Shown: positions 52,340 to 61,836 of the stretch, in pieces
Layout of the letters: every line of letters begins with the position of its first letter
Position numbering within the stretch: the stretch's first letter is position 1
From: an uncultured delta proteobacterium
Lineage (GTDB): Bacteria > Desulfobacterota > RBG-13-43-22
Length of the DNA: 64,000 bases
NCBI GenBank assembly: GCA_963843145.1
Contig: CAWJJC010000002.1
Location: 32,001 to 96,000 of the forward strand
Reading direction: 5' to 3'
Made by a program: the position numbers and the translations under genes
The notes under the pieces: generated by a model
Told to the model about the DNA's origin: nothing
The model's input: the letters and a program-made list of their open reading frames with translations, nothing else
The model's database searches: none

Positions 52340-53545
52340 ATGCACCTTTTCAAGGGGCTGAAAATAGTCCTAGGGGTTACCGGAGGGATCGCCGCCTACA
52401 AGGCCGTGGAATTGCTTCGCCGACTCACGGATTTGGAAAGCCGGGTGGCGGTAATAATGACCCGCAATGCCCAGCGATTTATCGCTCCCTTAACCTTCCA
52501 GGCCCTGACTCCCGAGGGGGTCTACACCGAACTTTTTGATGCCTATCGGCCCGGGGCGATGGATCATATCCAATTGGCCCAGTGGTCGGATCTGGTGGTC
52601 CTGGCCCCGGCCACGGCCAATAGTATCGGCAAAGCGGCCAACGGCCTGGCGGACGACCTCCTGTCCACTTTTCTTTTGGCCTGTCCGGCCCCCAAGCTTT
52701 TTTGCCCGGCCATGAACGTCCGCATGTACGAAAATCCGGGGGTCCAGGCCAATCTCAGTCTTTTGAAAGAACGGGGAGGGGCGGTTTGTGAACCGGCCGC
52801 CGGCCTTCTGGCCTGCGGGGATACGGGGAAAGGCCGTTTGGCAGATCTGGAAGATATCCTGGAGGCCATGCTAGACCTGTTGTCGCCCCAGGATCTTCAA
52901 GGAGAGCGGATTTTGATTACCACCGGCTGTACCCGGGAGGCCATCGATCCGATCAGGTTTTTAACCAATTATTCCACCGGAAAAATGGGTTTCGCCCTGG
53001 CCAGAGTGGCCAGACGGAGAGGCGCCGAGGTCACCCTGATCAGCGGACCCACCCATCTCCCGCCTCCCAAAGGCATTACCCACCTGCCGGTGGTTACCGC
53101 CCGGGAGATGGAAAAAGCGGTACTGGAAGCCTTTCCCCGGACGACGACAGTCATCAAGGCGGCTGCCGTTTCCGATTATCGGCCCGAACAACAAGCCAGC
53201 CAGAAAATTAAAAAGAGCTCCCAAAAGATGACGCTTTCAATGGTTCCTAATCCGGATATCCTTAAACGACTGGGTCGAATGAAACAGGGGCAATTTCTCG
53301 TCGGATTCGCGGCGGAGACCGATCACCTGCTGCAAAACGCCGGAAAAAAACTCAAAGAAAAAAATCTGGACCTGATGGTGGCCAACCCGATCGGGGTCCC
53401 CGGGGCGGGATTCGGCAGTGAGACCAATCGGGTCCATTTCCTCTACCCCGGTGGGCGAAAGGAATCTTTACCTCAGATGTCCAAGGAAGAAGTGGCCTAT
53501 CAAATCTTCGACCGGGTCCTCCAATTAAAACGAGCGGGAGGGTGA
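52340..53545 (+). CDS. coaBC: bifunctional phosphopantothenoylcysteine decarboxylase/ligase
   Basis: GVTGGIAAYK, PAMN, LACGD, TGKMG, AAVSDY, GFAAET. Confidence 0.97.
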   Translation: MHLFKGLKIVLGVTGGIAAYKAVELLRRLTDLESRVAVIMTRNAQRFIAPLTFQALTPEGVYTELFDAYRPGAMDHIQLAQWSDLVVLAPATANSIGKAANGLADDLLSTFLLACPAPKLFCPAMNVRMYENPGVQANLSLLKERGGAVCEPAAGLLACGDTGKGRLADLEDILEAMLDLLSPQDLQGERILITTGCTREAIDPIRFLTNYSTGKMGFALARVARRRGAEVTLISGPTHLPPPKGITHLPVVTAREMEKAVLEAFPRTTTVIKAAAVSDYRPEQQASQKIKKSSQKMTLSMVPNPDILKRLGRMKQGQFLVGFAAETDHLLQNAGKKLKEKNLDLMVANPIGVPGAGFGSETNRVHFLYPGGRKESLPQMSKEEVAYQIFDRVLQLKRAGG

Positions 53546-53569
53546 TCCCTGCCGGTAGGAAAGGTCTAT

Positions 53570-54274
53570 TTGAGTTATCAGACTGCCAAAACAGTCTCCG
53601 CACTGATCGTTAGTCTGGAGAATGAAAAGTCACGGGGACGAAGGTTTATTGGATTGGGTCCGGGCGGACGGGAAGTCTTGGCTTCCTGGCGAGGGGGGCC
53701 GGTTTGTTTCCAGACGCTGGAAGGACTGACGGAGGGCGTTCAGCGTTGTCGCCGCTGTTCGCTTTTTCGGGGTCGCACCCGGGCTGTCCCCGGTGAAGGC
53801 CCTCCTCAAGCCAAGATCATGCTTGTGGGGGAGGGGCCGGGGGCGGAAGAAGATCGGGAAGGCCGACCCTTTGTGGGCCCGGCCGGGCAGCTTTTAACTA
53901 AAATGCTCCAGGCGATTCACTTGGACCGCCAGGAGGTATTTATTACTAATCGAGTTAAATGCCGGCCCCCCGGGAACAGAAAACCGGAAGAGGGGGAGTT
54001 GAGGGCCTGTTTTCCTTACTTACAAGAGCAGATTCGATTGATCAAACCTATGATTTTGGTGGCCCTGGGGACCTTCGCCGCCCAGGGGTTGACCGGCTTG
54101 GATCGGAGCATTTCCACCCTCAGGGGGAAATCCTATTTTTTTCAGGATATTTTATGTGTTCCCACCTATCATCCGGCCTTTCTGCTGCGCAGCCCGGAGT
54201 TCAAACGCCAGGCCTGGGAAGACCTGCAGAAAATTCGTCGGGAGTATGATCGATTGACCGGATCGCTTAAATGA
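53570..54274 (+). CDS. uracil-DNA glycosylase family 4
   Basis: CRRC, GEGPG, PFVGPAG, KCRPPGNR, TYHPA. Confidence 0.93.
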   Translation: MSYQTAKTVSALIVSLENEKSRGRRFIGLGPGGREVLASWRGGPVCFQTLEGLTEGVQRCRRCSLFRGRTRAVPGEGPPQAKIMLVGEGPGAEEDREGRPFVGPAGQLLTKMLQAIHLDRQEVFITNRVKCRPPGNRKPEEGELRACFPYLQEQIRLIKPMILVALGTFAAQGLTGLDRSISTLRGKSYFFQDILCVPTYHPAFLLRSPEFKRQAWEDLQKIRREYDRLTGSLK

Positions 54275-55605
54275 TGATTAGAAATAGATTCTTCAAGACC
54301 ACCGCCATCTTGATTTTCTTGCTGAGTCTGCTGGCCGGCGGACCGGCCAGGGACCGGGCTTTTTCCGCGGAACAACCCCCGGGGAAATCCATCCCGGTGG
54401 TGACTCTGGCCGGATCCATCAATCCGGCGGTGGCCGAGTTCGTCGTCCGGCAGATCGCCAAGGCGGAAAAGGATAACGCCCCCGTCCTGGTCATTCAATT
54501 GGATACCCCGGGCGGTCTGGACACTTCCATGCGGGTTATCGTCCAGGGACTCCTCAATGCCCGGATCCCGGTGGTGGTTTTTGTGTCTCCCAGCGGCGCC
54601 CGGGCCGCCTCGGCCGGGGTGATGATCGTCCTGGCCGCGGACGTGGCCGCCATGGCTCCGGGAACCAATATCGGCGCCGCTTCACCGGTTAATATCGGGG
54701 GGAAAGATATCGAAAAGACCATGGCCCGGAAGGTGGAAAACGACATGGTGGCCTACGTGCGCAGCATCGCCGCCCAAAGGCAGCGAAACGCCGATTGGGC
54801 GGCCAGTGCCGTCTTAAAAAGCGAGTCCCTGCCGGCGGAAAAGGCCCTGGAACTGAAGGTAATTGACCTGATCGCCAAGGACCTCCCCGATCTGCTCCAA
54901 AAAATCGACGGCTGGCAGGTCACCACGGGCAAACAACCCAAGGTCATCAGGACCAAGGGAATCCCCGTGACCTATGTCCAGGAGGGGTTTCGGGACAAGG
55001 TCCTGAAGACGATCAGCGATCCCAACATTGCTTACCTGTTGATGATGCTCGGCACCATGGGGATTTTCTTTGAGTTACTGAACCCGGGGAACATCTTTCC
55101 CGGGGTGATCGGGGGCATCTCCCTGATCCTGGCCTTTTTCGCCTTGCAGACCCTGCCGGTAAATTTTGCCGGGATTCTTTTGATTCTGCTGGCCATCATC
55201 TTTTTTATTGCCGAGGTCAAAGTGATCAGTCATGGTGTGCTCTCCGTGGGGGGAGTCATCTCCCTCACCTTAGGGTCATTACTACTCTTTCGCACGGCCG
55301 ATTCCCATCTGGGAGTCGCCCTGGGTGTTCTGGTTCCGGTGGTCATCATCGTCTCCGCTTTTTTCCTGGCCGTGGCCTCCCTGGCCATCAGGGCCTACCA
55401 GAGAAAACCGCAGACCGGGGACCAGGGAATTTTGGGAGAAGTCGGCCGGGTGCGGCAACCTATCCGCCCGGAGGTTCCGGGAAAGGTCTTTGTCCACGGG
55501 GAGATCTGGAACGCGCGCTCCCTGGAAATCCTGGAAAGAGGAGAGATCGTGGAAGTGGTCGGCATCGATCATTTGTTGCTGACCGTAAAAAAAAGGGTCC
55601 GTTAG
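54271..55605 (+). CDS. nfeD: NfeD-family membrane-bound serine protease
   Basis: LDTPGG, AASAG, IGAASP, TM region, GEIWNA OB domain. Confidence 0.92.
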   Translation: MMIRNRFFKTTAILIFLLSLLAGGPARDRAFSAEQPPGKSIPVVTLAGSINPAVAEFVVRQIAKAEKDNAPVLVIQLDTPGGLDTSMRVIVQGLLNARIPVVVFVSPSGARAASAGVMIVLAADVAAMAPGTNIGAASPVNIGGKDIEKTMARKVENDMVAYVRSIAAQRQRNADWAASAVLKSESLPAEKALELKVIDLIAKDLPDLLQKIDGWQVTTGKQPKVIRTKGIPVTYVQEGFRDKVLKTISDPNIAYLLMMLGTMGIFFELLNPGNIFPGVIGGISLILAFFALQTLPVNFAGILLILLAIIFFIAEVKVISHGVLSVGGVISLTLGSLLLFRTADSHLGVALGVLVPVVIIVSAFFLAVASLAIRAYQRKPQTGDQGILGEVGRVRQPIRPEVPGKVFVHGEIWNARSLEILERGEIVEVVGIDHLLLTVKKRVR

Positions 55606-55640
55606 ACCAGAGGCTTTGAACCTTTTCAGAGGAGGATCGT

Positions 55641-56405
55641 ATGTATACTTTAGCGGCCATCATTGTTCTGGTGATTTTTTTTCTGAGCAGCGCCATCCGG
55701 ATCTTAAATGAATACGAACGAGGGGTCATCTTTCGTTTGGGAAGGGTCATCGCGGCCAAAGGGCCGGGGCTGATTATCTTAATTCCGATCATTGATAAAA
55801 TGGTCAAGGTGGATCTACGGACGGTGACCATGGACGTGCCTTCCCAGGACGTGATTACCCGGGACAACGTCTCGGTCAAGGTGAATGCCGTGGTCTATTT
55901 TCGGGTCATGGATGCGGTTAAAGCCACGGTCGAGGTCCAACAATACCTCTACGCCACCTCGCAATTGGCCCAGACGACCCTGCGAAGCGTCTGCGGCCAG
56001 GCGGAGCTGGATAAAATTCTTTCGGAACGGGAAAAGGTCAATACCGAGATCCAGGAGATCCTGGATGCCCACACCGACCCTTGGGGGATCAAGGTGTCGG
56101 TGGTGGAAGTGAAACAGATCGATCTTCCTCAGGAGATGCAGCGGGCCATGGCCAAACAAGCCGAGGCGGAGCGGGAACGGCGGGCCAAGGTGATCAACGC
56201 CGAGGGAGAATACCAGGCAGCGGCCCGACTGGCGGAAGCGGCCGGGATCATCGCCGAATATCCGATCGCCCTGCAATTGCGCTACCTGCAAACACTAAAG
56301 GAAGTGGCGGCGGAAAACAACTCCACCACCTTGTTCCCGATCCCGATCGACCTGTTTAAACCTTTCCTGAAGTTGACGGAGATGCTGGAGACGAAGAAAG
56401 GGTAA
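55641..56405 (+). CDS. SPFH/slipin family protein
   Basis: [28 protein letters not shown]. Confidence 0.95.
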   Translation: MYTLAAIIVLVIFFLSSAIRILNEYERGVIFRLGRVIAAKGPGLIILIPIIDKMVKVDLRTVTMDVPSQDVITRDNVSVKVNAVVYFRVMDAVKATVEVQQYLYATSQLAQTTLRSVCGQAELDKILSEREKVNTEIQEILDAHTDPWGIKVSVVEVKQIDLPQEMQRAMAKQAEAERERRAKVINAEGEYQAAARLAEAAGIIAEYPIALQLRYLQTLKEVAAENNSTTLFPIPIDLFKPFLKLTEMLETKKG

Positions 56406-56438
56406 CCAAAAAAAACTCAAAAAGGAGAATCAGACGGT

Positions 56439-56768
56439 ATGGGTAAGAAAGAGAAAGCCGCAAAAAAAGAAAAACCGTTAGAAAAAATGACGGCTAAGGA
56501 ATTGCGTGAACTGGCCCTAGGCCTGGGCAGCATCAGCGGGGTCCACGGCATGAACAAGGAAGAAATTTTAGCCGCCGTGAAGGAAGCCCGGGGGATCGTC
56601 AAGGAACCCCTTAAAAAAGGGGATCGTTCGATGCGCCAACTGAAAGAAAAGCTGGGTGAACTGAGGACCAAGAAAGAAGAGGTCCGGGCCGGCGGCGATA
56701 AAAAGGCCGTGGATCTTATGCGAAAACGAATCAGCCGGTTGAAAAAAAAGACTCACCAGGCAGCGTAG
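56439..56768 (+). CDS. small basic protein with Rho N-terminal-like helical domain
   Basis: KPLEKMTAKELRELA..GVHGMNKEE. Confidence 0.65.
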   Translation: MGKKEKAAKKEKPLEKMTAKELRELALGLGSISGVHGMNKEEILAAVKEARGIVKEPLKKGDRSMRQLKEKLGELRTKKEEVRAGGDKKAVDLMRKRISRLKKKTHQAA

Positions 56769-56776
56769 ACGGTCCC

Positions 56777-58033
56777 TTGAAACGACTGAAAATACCCTAC
56801 GGAACGCAAAGCCTGGAGCTGGCCGTCCCCCCGGTCCACTGGGGGGAATTACTGGCTCCCGGGACGGAGGCGCAGCCCCGCTCTGTGAACCTCCAGGCCG
56901 CCCTGGAACAACCGCTGGATTCCCCGGGCCTGGACGATTTCCTGGATGGCTGCCGTTCCCTGTTGATTCTGGTTAATGATGAAACCCGCCCGACACCCAC
57001 CGGGCGGGTTCTGGAAGGGCTCTGGCCCCGGATCTCCGGTTTAAACTTCAAAATTCTGGTGGCTACCGGTACCCACCGGCCGAGCCGGGAGGAAAATCTG
57101 GAAAGGATTTTTCACCCGCTCTGGCCGGAACTCCGAAGTAAAGTCCTTTTTCACGACAGCCGGCAGGAAGGGACCATGATCTTTCTCGGGACGACCTTCC
57201 GCGGCACCCGGGTCCTGCTCAACTCCCAGATTATGTTGGCCGACCGGGTACTGGCGATCGGGTCAGTGGAGCCTCATTATTTCGCCGGCTACACGGGGGG
57301 ACGGAAATTGATCGTGCCTGGGATCGCCGCCTATTCCACGATCGTTTCCAACCATTCCCTGGCTATGGAACCGGGCGCTCAACCCCTCCGACTGCTGGGC
57401 AATCCGCTGCATGAAGACCTGATGGAAGCCCTGCAGTTCCTGACCATGCCCCCGATCTTTTCCATTCAACTGGTGTTGACTCCTGACCATGACGTGGCGG
57501 CCGTCTACGCCGGGTCTTTATTGAAGAGCTTTCTAGAGGCCACGCGAAAGGCGGATGAGGTCTTTACCGTGCCGTTCCGGGAGAAGGCCGATATACTGGT
57601 TTCCGTGGCCCTGCCGCCCATGGATCTGGATCTCTATCAGTCCCAGAAACCCATCGAGCACGGGAAACTGGCCCTGAAGGAAGACGGGATCCTTATCCTG
57701 GTCATGCCTTGCGGGCGAGGGGCGGGTCCGGGGGATTTTCAGGAATTATTGAGTCAGACCGGGGAATTTGAACAGGCGAGGCGTCTGTTATACCAGCCTT
57801 ATCGGCTGGGTTTTCACCGGATTTCCCGGAATCTGCGTTTTGTATCCGAGGGCGGGGAAATCTGGGGCATCACCGACCTGGATTCGGTCTTCCTCGCCCG
57901 GACCTTCATCCACCCTAAACCCTCCCTGCAGGCCGCCGTCGATGAGGCCGTCGCCCGCAAAGGACCGCGGGCCAGGGTCAACGTCCTCATGAATGCCAGC
58001 CTGTGCGTCCCGAAACAGGTGGTATTTCAGTGA
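56777..58033 (+). CDS. nickel-dependent lactate racemase (LarA) family
   Basis: DETRPTP, ATGTHR, PHYFAGYTGGRK, DLYQSQK. Confidence 0.88.
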   Translation: MKRLKIPYGTQSLELAVPPVHWGELLAPGTEAQPRSVNLQAALEQPLDSPGLDDFLDGCRSLLILVNDETRPTPTGRVLEGLWPRISGLNFKILVATGTHRPSREENLERIFHPLWPELRSKVLFHDSRQEGTMIFLGTTFRGTRVLLNSQIMLADRVLAIGSVEPHYFAGYTGGRKLIVPGIAAYSTIVSNHSLAMEPGAQPLRLLGNPLHEDLMEALQFLTMPPIFSIQLVLTPDHDVAAVYAGSLLKSFLEATRKADEVFTVPFREKADILVSVALPPMDLDLYQSQKPIEHGKLALKEDGILILVMPCGRGAGPGDFQELLSQTGEFEQARRLLYQPYRLGFHRISRNLRFVSEGGEIWGITDLDSVFLARTFIHPKPSLQAAVDEAVARKGPRARVNVLMNASLCVPKQVVFQ

Positions 58034-58041
58034 GGGTTTTA

Positions 58042-58977
58042 TCAGTACGTCAGTTTCTTCAGGGCCTCGACCAACCCCTTGACCGCCTCGGCTGATTTTT
58101 TTAAGGCCGCATCCTCTTCGGGCTTCAAGGCAATCTCGATCACCTGCTCGATTCCGCCTCGACCGAGCTTCACCGGTACCCCGATAAATAAATCGTTGAT
58201 CCCATATTCCCCGGTCAGGTAGGCCGCGCAGGGCAGGATTTTCTTTTTGTCCTTGATGATGGCTTCGGCCATTTCGCAGGCCGCCGAGGCCGGGGCATAA
58301 TAGGCGCTGCCGGTTTTCAGCAGGCTGACGATCTCCGCTCCCCCCTCCCGGGTCCGCTTGACCAGCCGTTCGATGGCGGCCGGGTCCAGGAGTTCGGTGA
58401 TCGGGATCCCGGCCACATTCGAGAACCGGGGTAACGGCACCATGGTATCGCCGTGTCCGCCCAGGACGAAGGCGTGGGTGTTTTCCACGGAAACGTTCAG
58501 TTCCCGGGCGATGAAGGTGCGAAAACGGGCCGAATCCAGGACCCCGGCCATGCCCAACACCCGCTGCTTAGGGAAAGCGCTGGCCTCCAGGGCCACGTGG
58601 CACATGGCATCGAGGGGATTGCTGACGATAACCAAGACGGCCTGGGGAGAATATTTGGCCACCTGGCCGGCCACGGATTTCATGATCTTGGCGTTGGTGG
58701 CCAAAAGGTCGTCCCGGCTCATGCCCGGCTTTCGGGGTATTCCGGAAGTGATGATGACGACCTCCGAATCCTTGGTGGCCTCGTAATCATTGGCTCCCGT
58801 CAATCCGGCATCGTGCTTTTCAATCGGTGCCGCTTCGGCCAGATCGAGGGCCTTGCCGAAAGGGACCCCTTCGAGTATGTCTATCAAAACCACATCCGCC
58901 AATTCTCTTTCGACGATCCGCTGGGCCGTCGTGGCGCCCACGTTTCCCGCTCCGACCACGGTAATCTTATGTTGCAT
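58042..58977 (-). CDS. mdh: malate dehydrogenase (LDH-like)
   Basis: [28 protein letters not shown]. Confidence 0.96.
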   Translation of the reverse strand: MQHKITVVGAGNVGATTAQRIVERELADVVLIDILEGVPFGKALDLAEAAPIEKHDAGLTGANDYEATKDSEVVIITSGIPRKPGMSRDDLLATNAKIMKSVAGQVAKYSPQAVLVIVSNPLDAMCHVALEASAFPKQRVLGMAGVLDSARFRTFIARELNVSVENTHAFVLGGHGDTMVPLPRFSNVAGIPITELLDPAAIERLVKRTREGGAEIVSLLKTGSAYYAPASAACEMAEAIIKDKKKILPCAAYLTGEYGINDLFIGVPVKLGRGGIEQVIEIALKPEEDAALKKSAEAVKGLVEALKKLTY

Positions 58978-59018
58978 GATTTAGGCTCCTTTAAATGGTT
59001 TTTTTAAAATCGATGAAT

Positions 59019-59843
59019 TTAATGGGGGGAGATATAGCAGCCGGCGGTCGTCATCCAGGGTTTTATCTGATCCAGAAAGGCTTGTTTGATGACCGCATAC
59101 CCGGCGTCGTTCGGGTGTTCGCATCCGACTAGCGGATCCGTTGAGATGAGCGTCGATTCCCAGTTCGGATTGCCGATAAATGCACTGAACACGTCGGCCA
59201 GCGGGATACTGAAGTCTACAGCAATCTTATGGATATACTGTTGGAAGCCCTCAATTTGCTGCTGCAGGAAGCCCAAGTCGCCGCAGACCGGCGGCATGGT
59301 GCCCAGGATGACCTTGATCTCTTGCTGCCGGGCGATGGCCACCATGGCTCGAAGATTGCTGTCCACCTGCGCGTAGACCTGGTCGGAGGGGATGAACGGA
59401 TCATTGAGGTCGTTGGTGCCTTCCATGAGCAAAATCAACTTCGGCTTCACCTCCGGATGAGCGGTCGGGTAAATACAGCCGGAATCATAATGACAGGTTT
59501 GAATCGGTTCGGTAACGGTGGGATTGAAGAGGGCCAATCCATCGTCGGTGGTCTGACCCCCGATCCCCATATTATAAAACACAATATCCTGTTCTGGAAA
59601 GAGGGACTTAAGATCCTCATATAAACGTCCCACGTAGCCGCTGTGGGGAATACTGAACAAATCAAAGGGGAAAACAGTGGCTCCATAGCCGGCCGTGATG
59701 CTGTCGCCGTAAGCCATAAAAACAAAATCGGTGCAGACGTCTTTGAAAATCAAGGGTAAATAAAGGGGGTCTCCGGCCTCGACCGACCCCCCCCCAAATG
59801 CCAGCAAGATCCCCAGGGCTAAAAAGACTTTCCTAATCTTCAT
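59019..59843 (-). CDS. exported SGNH/GDSL hydrolase
   Basis: GDSITAG, GIGGQTT, EGTND, HPNDAGY. Confidence 0.9.
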   Translation of the reverse strand: MKIRKVFLALGILLAFGGGSVEAGDPLYLPLIFKDVCTDFVFMAYGDSITAGYGATVFPFDLFSIPHSGYVGRLYEDLKSLFPEQDIVFYNMGIGGQTTDDGLALFNPTVTEPIQTCHYDSGCIYPTAHPEVKPKLILLMEGTNDLNDPFIPSDQVYAQVDSNLRAMVAIARQQEIKVILGTMPPVCGDLGFLQQQIEGFQQYIHKIAVDFSIPLADVFSAFIGNPNWESTLISTDPLVGCEHPNDAGYAVIKQAFLDQIKPWMTTAGCYISPH

Positions 59844-59933
59844 CCTCGTCTACCTTCCTCAACTTTAGATTCGTGGCCGAACTCCAGTCCCGACCCTAAT
59901 AAAACGTAATATAACACAAGATTAGATTCTTCT

Positions 59934-60776
59934 TCAACAAGGGATTTTAGAATTTTTCGAGAGAAGCGGTTGGCAGGTCGGGCAGAGGTGCGTTCCCCGA
60001 CCCCCGACCCGTGTTTTGTGGATAGGGTTTCGGCAGGTGGGGCAGGGCAAGCCCTGACGGTCGTAGACCCGAAGATAGGCTTGAAATCCTCCGATAATCC
60101 CTTCCGGGCCCCGATAATCGCTGACCGTGGTGCCTTTGGCCTTGATGGCCTGCCGGAGGACCTGTCGTATACGCTGATGTAACCCTCGAGCCTGGTCCCA
60201 GTTCAAGGTATGGGCCGGGGTCAAGGGATGGATCCGGGAGCGGAAAAGGCTTTCATCGACATAAATGTTGCCCAACCCGCTGACAAAGCGCTGATCCAGA
60301 AGCAAGGGCTTGATGGCCCTTTTCTTCTTTTGCAGGCGCCCATAAAATTCACTGGCGGTCAGGTCGAAGGGATCCGGGGCCAGGTCGACCAGTGGGGGCC
60401 ATTCCTGCCCGGGGTTCAGGAGGACCAGAAATCCAAATTTCCGCACATCCCGATAACGCAGTTGCAGGTCCCGGGGGTGCAGATTGAAAATGAGGTGGGT
60501 ATGCTTGTCCGCCGGTTGGCCTTCAGGAATCAACAACAATTGCCCGGTCATCCTGAGGTGAATGACCAAGGTGGCTTCGTTTCCCAGGCCGATCAGAATG
60601 AACTTGCCTTTTCGTTCTATTTTTCTGATGACGGCGCCCGTAAGCTGTTTTCGGAAGCTTTGCCGGGGGGACCTCAGCAGGCTGGAGGTCCGGATCTGGA
60701 CCGATCTAATTTGCCGTCCGATCAGCTTTTCCTGAAGGCCGCGGACTATGGTTTCTACTTCAGGCAGCTCAGGCAT
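59934..60776 (-). CDS. mutM: formamidopyrimidine-DNA glycosylase
   Basis: MPELPEVE, HLRMTG, GNIY, C-terminal zinc finger. Confidence 0.97.
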   Translation of the reverse strand: MPELPEVETIVRGLQEKLIGRQIRSVQIRTSSLLRSPRQSFRKQLTGAVIRKIERKGKFILIGLGNEATLVIHLRMTGQLLLIPEGQPADKHTHLIFNLHPRDLQLRYRDVRKFGFLVLLNPGQEWPPLVDLAPDPFDLTASEFYGRLQKKKRAIKPLLLDQRFVSGLGNIYVDESLFRSRIHPLTPAHTLNWDQARGLHQRIRQVLRQAIKAKGTTVSDYRGPEGIIGGFQAYLRVYDRQGLPCPTCRNPIHKTRVGGRGTHLCPTCQPLLSKNSKIPC

Positions 60777-61566
60777 GGTTTTTGACGAACCACTTGAGCT
60801 GGCGGCAGACGCCCCGGATCATCCGCACCTCCGGGGAATAGAGCTGGATCCGGGAAAAAAATCGGCGGATGCTCATCATCCAATGTTCCGGATTTTGTTT
60901 GTCCAGGAAGTCCATCATTTGCAGCACTTCCGAAAGGTGTTGGTACATGCCCTCCAACTCGAAAGAAGTGGCCAGGGGGGGTTCCTCCAGTGACCGTTGG
61001 GCTTTCAGTGTTTGTTCGTCGATCGACCGGCGGGAAGGGTCCTGAACGGCCGGTCCCTCCTCAGGGAGCCGGTGGGCCAGGAAGATTTCGTAGGCCAGGA
61101 TCAGGACCGCCTGGGCCAGATTCAAGGAACTGGCCTGGACGGTGGGGATGTTCACCACCGTATGACAGTAGCGCAGTTCCTCGTTACTGAGTCCGCGGTT
61201 TTCCGGCCCGAAAAGGAGGGCTACCCGGGTATCCGGACCCAGGGCCAGAATTTTTTGGCCGGCCTGGGCCGGGGTGATGATTTGTTTCCTTTCCCCCCCC
61301 AAACGGGCCGTCGTGCCGACGATATAGTGAAAAGGGGCCAGGGCTTCCGCTAAGGTGGGCTTGCTCTCCATAGTCTCCAGGAGGCCGACGGCGGTATGGG
61401 TGGCTAGTTTAGCCATCCGTTCCCGGTCGGTGTCCTCCGGATTAACCACCGTGATATGCCGGAGGCCCAAGTTCATGGCCGCCCGGGCCGTGGAGCCGAT
61501 GTTCTCGGCAAAACGTGGCTGATGCAACACAATCGTAATATGATCCAGATTAGCTTGGGCCCGCAT
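60769..61566 (-). CDS. TrmJ/LasT-family RNA methyltransferase
   Basis: ENIGSTARA, GTTAR, FGPENRGL, SLNLAQAV. Confidence 0.9.
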   Translation of the reverse strand: MRAQANLDHITIVLHQPRFAENIGSTARAAMNLGLRHITVVNPEDTDRERMAKLATHTAVGLLETMESKPTLAEALAPFHYIVGTTARLGGERKQIITPAQAGQKILALGPDTRVALLFGPENRGLSNEELRYCHTVVNIPTVQASSLNLAQAVLILAYEIFLAHRLPEEGPAVQDPSRRSIDEQTLKAQRSLEEPPLATSFELEGMYQHLSEVLQMMDFLDKQNPEHWMMSIRRFFSRIQLYSPEVRMIRGVCRQLKWFVKNHA

Positions 61567-61697
61567 GGTCCTTTCCTTATCATAAAAAGTCCTTCAACAC
61601 AACCATCCGGATATTTTCCGGTCAAACTCCCTCCCTTCCCATCGCGGCGGGCCTTATCTTTCCCCTTGACCCTCCTTCCTTCCCTATTTTATAGTCA

Positions 61698-61831
61698 GAC
61701 CCTGAAGCAAGTTCGATTCCCTGGGGCCCTCGGGGCTTTCAAGGTCAAGAGGATAAAAGACAACGGTGGTAGCAGGAGAGCAACATCCAACTGCGGGAGG
61801 CTGGGATTTAAGGCTCGGGCCGCACCGGGGA
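61698..61831 (+). ncRNA. candidate structured ncRNA (possibly 6S-like)
   Basis: 5' ccctg..gttcga..tccctgg can pair with 3' ctggga..tcgggc..cgggg, closing a ~135-nt intergenic rod. Confidence 0.35.
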
Positions 61832-61836
61832 TTCAA

